Position numbers and translations under genes: made by a program
From: Prorocentrum cordatum
Lineage: Eukaryota
DNA length: 57,131 nt
Direction: 5' to 3'
NCBI GenBank assembly: GCA_963575745.1
Contig: CAUYUJ010000045.1
Location: forward strand, 62,001 to 119,131
The notes under the pieces: model-generated
What the model saw: the letters and a program-made list of their open reading frames with translations, nothing else
Told to the model about the DNA's origin: nothing
Databases searched by the model: none
Shown here: positions 48,415-57,131 of the stretch, in pieces
Layout: each line of letters starts with the position of its first letter
Position numbering within the stretch: position 1 is the first letter of the stretch

Positions 48415-48782
48415 CCTCGTCCTCCCCCTCCTCCTCCTCCTCCTCCTCCTCCTCCTCCTCCTCCTCCTCCTTCTTCCCTCGTTGAGCATCCCGTCGCGGC
48501 CTCCTCTTGATCCTCCTCCTCCTCCTCTTCCTCTTCCCCCTCGCCCTCCTCTTCTCCCTTCACCCCTCCCGCTGAGTCCCCCGTCGCGGACTCCTCATGA
48601 TCCTCCTCCTTCCTCCGCCCCCTCCTCTTCTTCTTCAGCCTCCTCCTCCTCCTCCCCCCCTCCTCCTCCTCCTCCTCCGCCTCCTCCTCCTCCGCGTCCG
48701 CATCCGCAGCCGCATCCTCCTCTGCATCATCATTTTCTTCCTCCTCCTCCTCCTCCTCATCGTCCTCCTCCTCCCCCTCCAC
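48415..48782. repeat. (CCT)n polypyrimidine tract
   Basis: Directly visible. Confidence 0.9.
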
Positions 48783-48864
48783 TTGCATTTCCCCTCGTGG
48801 ATTGCAGCTCCATTGCCATCAACGCCGGCTCCCGTGTGAGAGGTTGCCAAACTACTCGCTGTGA

Positions 48865-49279
48865 GGAGCCCTCCACCTGAGAGGCCCCCAAAAAACAGGA
48901 GGAGGCTCCCGCCTGAGGGGTCCCCCTCCCAAAACCCACAGAAGACGAGGCTTTCGCCTGAAAGGCCCCCCCTCAAAAAAACAAATAAAAGGAAACTCGC
49001 GCATGAGAGGTCCCAACAAAACAAACAAGGTGAGGCCCCCGCCTGAAAGGTCAAACACAACCAAACAGAAAGAAACCCCCACCTGAAAGGTCAACAAACA
49101 TCCAAACAAATGGAGGATCCCGCCTGAGAGGTCCCCCAAACCCAAAAGAAACCCAAACACCACGCCTCTCATCCCTGCAATTGTACAAAAAACAAAACCC
49201 CAAAGTTCAAGGAGAGATCCGACGCCGCTGCCCCAGATGCATTGACGAGGGCAGCCATCTCCTCTTGAACCTTTTTTCG

Positions 49280-49317
<38 letters not shown>

Positions 49318-49605
49318 AGATGTAATTATATATATGTATGTATGTATATATATACATATATACATACATACAGGGATGAGAAGCATGGTGTTTGTTCCTT
49401 TTTTTCAGGGAGCTTTCAGGCGGGAACCTCCATCGGTTTGGGTGTTTTAGGACGTCTCAGGCGAGAACCCCCTTCTTATTTTTTTGGGGGGACCTCTTCC
49501 GCGGAGGCCTCATCTTGTTTGGTTGTTTGGGGGGCCTCTCAGGTGGGAGCCTTTTCCTGTTTGACAGTTTTTTGGGGGCCTCTCAGGCGGGAGCCTCCTC
49601 CTCCT
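48865..49605. repeat. Two oppositely oriented arrays of a ~35-bp unit (CCGCCTGA[G/A]AGGxCCCC..AAA) flanking a TA microsatellite
   Basis: CCTGAGAGGCCCCCAAAAAAC (48877) versus GTTTTTTGGGGGCCTCTCAGG (49567); TCTCATCCCTG (~49167) versus CAGGGATGAGA (49371). Confidence 0.75.
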
Positions 49606-49794
49606 TTCTCCGTTTTCTTCCTCTGATGAAATCGTTCTCCTCATTCCAATGTTATGTTACTTTGTTATGTTGTTGTTTCTCCGCCTCCTCCTCTCCTCCT
49701 CTTCCTACACGACGAGGCGAAGAAGAAAAGGCAGAATGAGGTTGACCCCTGCAGAAGAACGATGAGGTAGATCTTGGCGGGGGGGCGTCTCCAT

Positions 49795-49988
49795 ATATAT
49801 GTATATAATGATAATAATAATAATGATAACAATAATAATAAAAAAAAACCATAATAATAGTAATAAAAATAGTAGTAGTAATAATAATACTAATAATAAC
49901 AATAATAATAATACTAATACTAAGAAGAAGAAGAATAATAATGATACTAATACTAATAATCATAATAATAATAATGATAATAATAAAA

Positions 49989-50019
<31 letters not shown>

Positions 50020-50054
50020 GAATAATAATAACAATACTAATAATAATCATAATG
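49795..50054. repeat. (AAT)n microsatellite
   Basis: Directly visible. Confidence 0.95.
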
Positions 50055-50090
50055 ATTGCCGCTCTCTGTTGCTCTGAAGGAGGGCGGCGA

Positions 50091-50334
50091 CCTCTCGTCC
50101 ATCAGGAATACGCACAGCGGCTCCGGCACCTCGAAGCTGCTGCCGACGGGCAGCGGCTCCAGCCAGTGTCTCGCGGTGGTGCCGTCGGGCGGCGTGGCCA
50201 TCCTGGACGCCGCGGAGCGCAGCGCCGCGGGCAGGACGCCGCGCACCGGGAAGAAGCCCGCCGCGCAGCGCGACCTGGAGGACGATTCAGACAGGAAGTG
50301 TTGCGCCAGGTGCGGGCCGCCGGCGGCGTCCTCC
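50091..50334 (-). CDS. Possible isolated exon (EDAAGGPHLAQHFLSESS...FEVPEPLCVFLMDE)
   Basis: High-GC3 island with a CAG|G acceptor and AG|GT donor. No domain recognised. Confidence 0.35.
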
Positions 50335-52314
50335 TGCTCACTCATGTGAATTCGCGTGGCGTGAAGTGGATTGGATGATCGGGGTCCCCGCCCCGCACCG
50401 GAGGCCTTGTGCACGAGCTCGGAGGAGGAAGCGATACCGATACCACTGCTTGTGTCCTGGAGAGCCCTCGTCGCCACGGCCAGAGTTTCATCGAGGTTTT
50501 GGCAAGAATGCACCCCAGGAGAGGTCTGGGGAGGGGCGGTCTCAGTATTTTTTTGTCTCCGCACGAGTGGGCCCGGAGGGGGGGGGACGCCGAGCTGCAG
50601 TTAGGCGGGGCAGCCCAGCGGGCTCCACGCGCTGCGCTGGGCCACGTGCTCAACAGGCGGCGCGAACCATTCGCGGCGGGCCACACGAGCCTGCTTCTAG
50701 GTCCCCTGTCGGGGCGCGTGACCGCCGATCTCCCTGCCTGCACACGCGTGCACAGACCTCCGTCACAGAGAAGGGGAAACCACCACGCGCGTCGTTTCCT
50801 ACATTTCGGAGTTCTTCGCCAAACGTTGCCTGCACTTAGGACCGAGACGGCCCTGGCCCCCTGCAGGGTGTCGTCACATAGTAATACTCGCATACACGCA
50901 GCACGCTTGTCTTACTATGATCAACTGTTTTTTGGGTGACTTCCCTCTTAGACTCGCTAGAGTTCGTTCTCATTGAGTGCAATCATCCGCTGTGTTTCCC
51001 AAATCATGTGCACCATTCGTTAAAAATGATTTGGATATGTGGTATCTGCTAGTTCATCACGAATAGGGGGGAGCCAGAAGCGCACCCAGGTTATGCCAAG
51101 AGGTCAATTTAGGTGAATATGCATATTTTGCGTAGGGGGCCCTTGAGATAGGTGACTGGGCCCTGTGTGTATTTTGCGTGGGCCCATCGTGTGCCAACCT
51201 GCGTAGGGCTCATGAGGGACAACATTGGCCCCTGCGCGTTGCTTTTGAGGGATAAGGGTAGGCCCTGCCCGCGCCATCAGCAATGCCTTGATCGGTCAAG
51301 GCAGCTTCTGCCAGTTCTTGGCATGCACTCCCGCAGCCCATTTCAGGATGCGCTGCTTTCCAATCCCGCGTGTTTCGCGTTGCTGTCCATTTCTACCATA
51401 GTTTCCGTACGTGTTGGTGTTCGCGTGCTGCATCACAATGGCCCAGCGATTCAATTGATGTTGGCTGCTGCTCCCGACCTAGGCGCCCACCATGAACGCG
51501 TTGCTGATCTTCATGTTTGTATGTGTGATGTGTTGGCCCCCGTCCTTCCTGCAGGAAACAAAGCCAAGATGGTTGTTCAACGTTCATGAGCGAAGCATGC
51601 CTTCGACCCTGCTTGGGTCAGTCATGAAAAGGGACCCCGTTCCCTTCGTTCTGAGACCGATTCGCAAACATATTGGTACACTAAGCGCATGTTCCTCGAC
51701 GCTGTCATCTCTGGAATATGATGACAATAGCAAGCGAGGTCGCAAACATCGGAGTCAATCGACAATACAGTACTCATTGTCAAACGAACGACGGCTGAAC
51801 CTGCTACTCTTGGTTCCCATCCAGCACATGGAGAAATCGTTGGTCCAGTGCGCGTCTGTCACGCCAGTGTATTACGCCGAGGCTGAGTTTTACAACGAAG
51901 GACCCTCGCCGCTGAAGTTCAGCGAGTGTGGTTTCGACCCGGAGCCCCATGTGCTGAAATATTGTATGGAAAAGCCCCAGCCCAAGTACATGAACAGCTG
52001 AGTGATCGTTCCCTCCAGTATTCTGGGGTTTCTTGCGTTTTTTTCGGGTGGAAGCAGCTGTGGCCAACGTGCGTCAAGTTGATTATCGGCTTGCTTGCGT
52101 GGTCAAAATTCAATGTTGAAATGCCTAAGATGCGTGTTCTTGCACGCGAGTGCCTTCGATCTTTCGTTCGAAATAATTCGTAATACTGGAGCGTGCTTCT
52201 TTATGGCTTGGGCCATCACGCGCGTTATGGCCCCCTGCACCCCCCCCCACCCCCCCACCCCGCATAACGTAACGTAGCGCTCTGGCCCCCAGTGCCCCCC
52301 CGGCACTGCCGCCG

Positions 52315-52702
52315 AGCGCATAGGGGTCCTCGCAGGAACCCGAATATGAATCGTCGTAGGCATCGGCACAGAAATCCGCATAGGAATCCGCATGGGGATC
52401 GTGTTGAGATATCCATCGGGGTCCGCATCGAGATCCGCATTGGGATTCTAGCGATCCTTACAGAGGTCCGCATAGGGATTTGCATAGGGATCCGCATAGG
52501 GATCCCCAGAGGGATCCCCAGAGGCATCCGCATAGGGATTTGCTTCGGGATCCGCATGGAGATCCGCCTGGGGGTCCGCATAGGCATCCGCATAAGGATC
52601 CGCATAAGGATCCGCATGGGCATCCGCGTGGGGATCCGCATGGGAATGCGCATAGGGATCCCCAGAGGGGTCCTCGTAGGGATCCGCATAGAGATCCGCG
52701 TA
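52315..52702. repeat. 12-bp minisatellite (CGCATAGGGATC)n
   Basis: Directly visible. Confidence 0.9.
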
Positions 52703-52754
52703 AGGGGCGGTGGTCGCGGACAAAATGTTGTGATCTCAGGCACGTGTGGTGTTC

Positions 52755-52756
<2 letters not shown>

Positions 52757-52792
<36 letters not shown>

Positions 52793-52821
52793 AAAAGAGA
52801 GAGAGAGAGAGAGAGAGAGAG
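52757..52821. repeat. (GA)n microsatellite
   Basis: Directly visible. Confidence 0.95.
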
Positions 52822-52949
52822 CAATAGGAGGAGAAAGACGACGACGACGAGGATGGAGGAGGAAGGTAGGGGGCATACCCCTTACACGCCACGTGGAGGC
52901 AAGGACCCCTTCGCAGGCATGTGCTCGACACAACTCCTCGTCGCTCTTC

Positions 52950-53361
52950 GTTGTCGGTCGTCGTCGTCGTCGTCGTTGTTGTCGTCGTCGTCGCTCGTCG
53001 TCGTCGTCGTTGTCGTTCCTCGTTGTCGATCGTCGTCGCCGTCGTCGTCGTCGTCGTCGTTGTCGTCTTCGTCGTCGTCGTTGTTGTCTTTGTCGTCGTC
53101 GTCGTCATCCTCGTCGTCGTCGTTGTTGTCGTCGGTGGTCATCGCTCGTGGTCGCTCGTCGTTGGCAAACGCCTTCGAATGCTTTCGAGGGCCTCCGGAG
53201 GTGTTCGGATGACCTTCACAAGGTCTCTGGAAGCTTCCAGAGGCTTCAGGAGGCCTCCGAGGGCTTCGGGAAACCTCCGGAGACCTCCGGAGGCGTTGCT
53301 CGTCGGTCGTCGACGTCTTCGTCGTCGTCGCTCGTCGTCGTCGTCGTCGACGTGTCGTCGT

Positions 53362-53396
<35 letters not shown>

Positions 53397-53503
53397 TCGT
53401 GGTCGCTCGTCGTGGTCGCTCGTCGTCGTCGTCGTCGTCGTCGCAGTCGTTCGTCGTCGTCGCTCGTCGTCGTCGTCGTCGCTTGCCGTTGTCGGTCGTC
53501 GCA

Positions 53504-53545
<42 letters not shown>

Positions 53546-53560
53546 GTCGTCGTCGTCGTG
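52950..53560. repeat. (TCG)n degenerate microsatellite, two blocks
   Basis: Directly visible. Confidence 0.92.
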
Positions 53561-56500
53561 CGCGCGGACGTTGTGGTGGCGCCGGAACCGCACGGCGGGG
53601 AGGGCGTTGCGTGATGCCCCCGCCCCGGCCCCCCCCATAACGCCCGTTGTAGCCGCGAATCAAGAAACGCGCTCCTGGCGAGGCCACCCGCGAGACGCGC
53701 AGGATGGTGGCATCGGGGAGAAGTATCGGTTCTACTGGCATTCTTACGTCTCTTCGGCGAAGTGTATAATTCTGGGCAGTCCCTCGAGAAGTTTTCACGG
53801 GCAGAATCATCTTCAAGCGTGGCGACCGGCCGTCAAGTGACTGTGGCGAACAGGCGTTTCGCGCTGCGTCCCCCGAGCTCGCGCGGCGCAGTCGCGATGT
53901 CAAAAGCAGTGGCGTCGAACGGGTTTCCGAACGGCGGCTGGCGCAATCGAGACAAAGTGGAAGTATACTTGGGCCAACTGCTTGTCGTGGATGGTGTTGC
54001 TACGTTCCCCGTCAAACAGCAGCGTGCGAAGGCCTGCCGTTCGCGTTCGCATCGTCTGCGTTCGCGTCGCGTGGACGGGTGTAGACGATTGCAAGGACCG
54101 GCTCTTCGCGTTGGAGTTCCGCCATGGACTGATGTCGTCAACGCGCCCAGCATGGGCGCGACGCATAGGCGCCAAGACTTCGAACGCAGCGCCAACTGCG
54201 GCCCACGGCGGTGCAGGACCCCGTCAGCCATTGCCTGCGATGTTTTTTGCCAGGCTGCGCAGATGGCGCGGCAAAGCTACATGACATCCAGGGTCGACAG
54301 ACAGGGTTGACGGCGGCCCAGCAGGCATCCCACAACTTCGGTGCACACCAAGCCTAAGAGATCAGGAGGCAAGATGCTGGACTGAACGCGTTCGCAGAAA
54401 ATCACCCACCAATGTGCGATGATGTGGGGCGCGCCGCTCTTGATGCAGCCGCCGCCGGGGATGTCGCCGTTTCCCTGGCCGGATGCGTTCCGATTTCGGG
54501 TTCGCCCCCGGCGTCGTCTTGATGGCTGCGAACGCGACCTGCGCATCGCAGACGGGTCGGAGTCTTTTTGGCACGTCAGACGCGGCAGCGTTCGCGGCGA
54601 TTTAACACCGACGCCGCAACAGCGTTCGCCGCGAGGGCTCCGAGAAGATGTCCGACCTAACGTGGCGGCGCTGGAAATTTAGGCGACGCGCATGTCCCTC
54701 CTCTAATAGGAAAAGTTGTTCCGCATTCGCAATGACGCGCTGCGCGCGATGAGCGCAGGGTTGACGTGGATCGGCGCAGTTCCTCTTGCCGCTGAGCGGC
54801 GGCGCTCCCATTGCATTTGGAGCGCTCTGCCGCCGGAGCTGGAAGAAGAAGGATTCGGGCGAGCTTGGCTGCAGGCGACAACGCGCTGAACCCCCAGGCG
54901 GGCCCCTTGCGCATCCAGCCGCAATGGCCCGTGCCAGAATACTTTTCCACTGAGCATTCGAGATGATGGTGTTTGGGGTCTCCAGGCTGACGGGGCCCCG
55001 AGACCGCGATGCGTTTCCCGGGGCTAAGCCGCAAGTGCCCAACGCGGCCTCAGCTGGCCCCGAGAGTTGGCCGCGAGGGCCCAGGAGCGACCCAGGGGCC
55101 AACAGGAGGCACCCACGAGCGCCCCGACAGGGCTCTTGGGCCCGATCTCTGGCCCCATGGATCGACGGGGGACGGCCCTGTGGATCGACAGGGGGGCGCG
55201 CCCCAGGCGTTCCCCCCCCCCCGACCGAAGGTGGCAGAGATCGCGCCGCGAGGGGCCCAATTATCCACCCAAGCGGGCCCCAAGACGGCCCCGATATGCA
55301 GGGGTCCGAGTTGGCCCAGAGAGGGCCCATGTTACATAATGGCACAATGGGGTCCCGCCGGTTTCTTGCATTGCAGCCGCAGATTGGCCCCCATTGATGA
55401 ACGACCCTGACATGGCTCATGCTCGTTGGCCCTCGCCCGTCGGCCCGTAGCGTCTGCCTTTTATTCAAAAGCTGCCGCCTCTGCCGCCGACCCCAAAGTT
55501 GGCTCATCAGGATTTCTGGCAGTCGACGACGACGACCTGTGCGAGCGGCTCTCACGTCGAGGTTTGAAGTTCGAGCCTCGAGGATGGAGGTTCGAGGGCT
55601 CGCCGTGGGTCCCAGGAGGGCATTTTGGGCGTCCTGCAGTGATCCTGTGGCCTCTGCGACTTCTCTCGTACGATGGCGAGGCCTGTGGGGGGCCTCTTGA
55701 CTTTGTTTGGGGGCCTTGTGGAGGGCTGCTTGGGCGGCCCGCCGGATGGGAACCATCCCTGACCGATGATTCCCAGGGGGCGCCCCGCGCGCGAGCAGAA
55801 CATGCGCCGAGCACATGCCAGAGATTTCAACGCGCATCGGGCCCGCTGGGCAGGCGGATTTGTCTGAAGTTTCGAGCTCTGGAGGCCGTCTCTGGGATTC
55901 TACCCGTTGAAAAAGTTCGGCTTTCTCATCGTGAGGACCCCGAAGGATGCTTAGTCATGGGTGTCCGGCTGATTCATCATCTCTCGGGGGAGGGCGCTGT
56001 CGCCCTCGTTCTCGTTGCTTACCCGGAGTTCCCCCGGGGCCGAAGCCCACTAGTAGTTTTCCCAGCTGCGCCCGAGGGGGGCCCTTGGGGGCCAGGAAGC
56101 CCCGATCCTCGAGGTTCGACCCTCCGCCCAGGTCCGCGGACGGAGGAAGTTCGTCAGATCACCTGTCGCCCAGAGGGCTGGTGGGGCTGCGCCCCCAACA
56201 TTTGCAAAGTCTCGACGCTTCGCGCATCCCCTCCAGCTCATCCAGAAAGCACGCCCAGGCGAGTTGAGGTGATCAGAGAAGTGCGGATGCATGCAGAGAA
56301 ACCAAGAGCGGGAGAAACCGTCGCACCCCCAGAGCCCCAGAGGGGGAGGGGGGAGGAGGAATCGGAGGAGGGGGCTGGAGGAGGAGGGGGAGCAGGAGGA
56401 GGAGGTGGATGTGGAGGGCGAGGGGGGGGGGGACGGAGGAGGAAGATAACCTGGAAAAGTACGAAGAGGAGGAGGAGGAGGAGAAGGAGGAGGAGGGGGA

Positions 56501-56779
56501 GGAGGAGCAGGAGGAAGAAGAGGGAAAGGGCGAGGAGGGGCAGGGGGAACTAGGGGCCTCTCGGGGGCCTCTTGGAGCCCCCTTGGGGCCTCCTGGGGGC
56601 CTCTTGGGGTCATCTTGGGGGCCTCTCGGGGCCTCCTGGGCGCGTTTTGATGCCATCTTGGAGGGCGTCGCTGAAAGAGGGGTGGGGGTGGGTGGGTGGG
56701 GGGGGGGGGGGGTACTTCGCGTCGCCTTTCTAGAGCCTCCACAATCGCCTCTTGGACCCCTCCTGGAGCGCTCCTGGTT

Positions 56780-57131
56780 GTGGGGTGGTCGGGGGCCCCA
56801 AGAACAGAGGCTCCATGGGTTGGGGGTGCCGAGGCGTGGTGGGAGCGCGGTGGAAGCGTGGTGGAAGCGTGGTGGAAGCGCGGTGGGGGGCATGGTGGAG
56901 GGCGTCGGTCGGTTTTGGGCGAGAAATTGCAGGGTGGGGGGTCCCAAGAACAGAGGCTCCATGGGTTGGGGGTGCCGGGGCGTGGTGGGAGCGTGGTGGA
57001 AGCGTGGTGGAAGCGCGGTGGGGGGCATGGTGGGGGGCGTCGGTCGGTTTTGGGCGAGAAATTGCGGGGTGGGGGGGTCCCAAGAAGAGAGGCCGGGGCG
57101 TGGTGGGAGCGTGGTGGAAGCGTGGTGGAAG
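56780..57131. repeat. ~150-bp tandem repeat with internal (GTGGAAGCGTG)n, running off the window end
   Basis: CCCAAGAACAGAGGCTCCATGGG at ~56797 and ~56943, partial third copy at ~57079. Confidence 0.85.

Noticed and set aside
51100..52070. Coding-like stretches on both strands
   Set aside because: Interrupted by stops and no family recognised; left uncalled.
52225..57083. Long Arg/Ser/Val/Pro-rich ORFs
   Set aside because: Products of micro- and minisatellites and GC-rich DNA.

Overview
Repeat-rich, GC-rich eukaryotic DNA, most likely a dinoflagellate nuclear genome (inferred from an 18/22 match to the dinoflagellate spliced leader, a probable GA splice donor and retrotransposons carrying cytosine methyltransferases). 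Main contents: (1) a composite ATCGAT-rich repeat array (0.8-6.2 kb); (2) a complete tyrosine-recombinase (YR, DIRS-order) retrotransposon with split direct repeats A1..B1A2B2, encoding a small membrane ORF, Gag-like protein, RT/RNase H, YR and a C5 DNA methyltransferase (6.2-12.9 kb); (3) a related 3'-truncated YR element (13.1-15.4 kb); (4) a decayed ~5.4 kb ORF with a divergent Tpt1/KptA-like domain; (5) an intronless pseudogene behind a relict spliced leader; (6) exons of a host inositol-polyphosphate-kinase/C2 gene; (7) a second complete YR element on the minus strand (31.8-40.8 kb) in which the methyltransferase sits inside the RT domain, with an extra membrane ORF and terminal repeats expanded into a 316-bp array; (8) a full-length APE-RT LINE with an extra 3' ORF (40.9-46.6 kb); (9) many micro- and minisatellites. 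All calls come from manual motif reading; no database searches were run.
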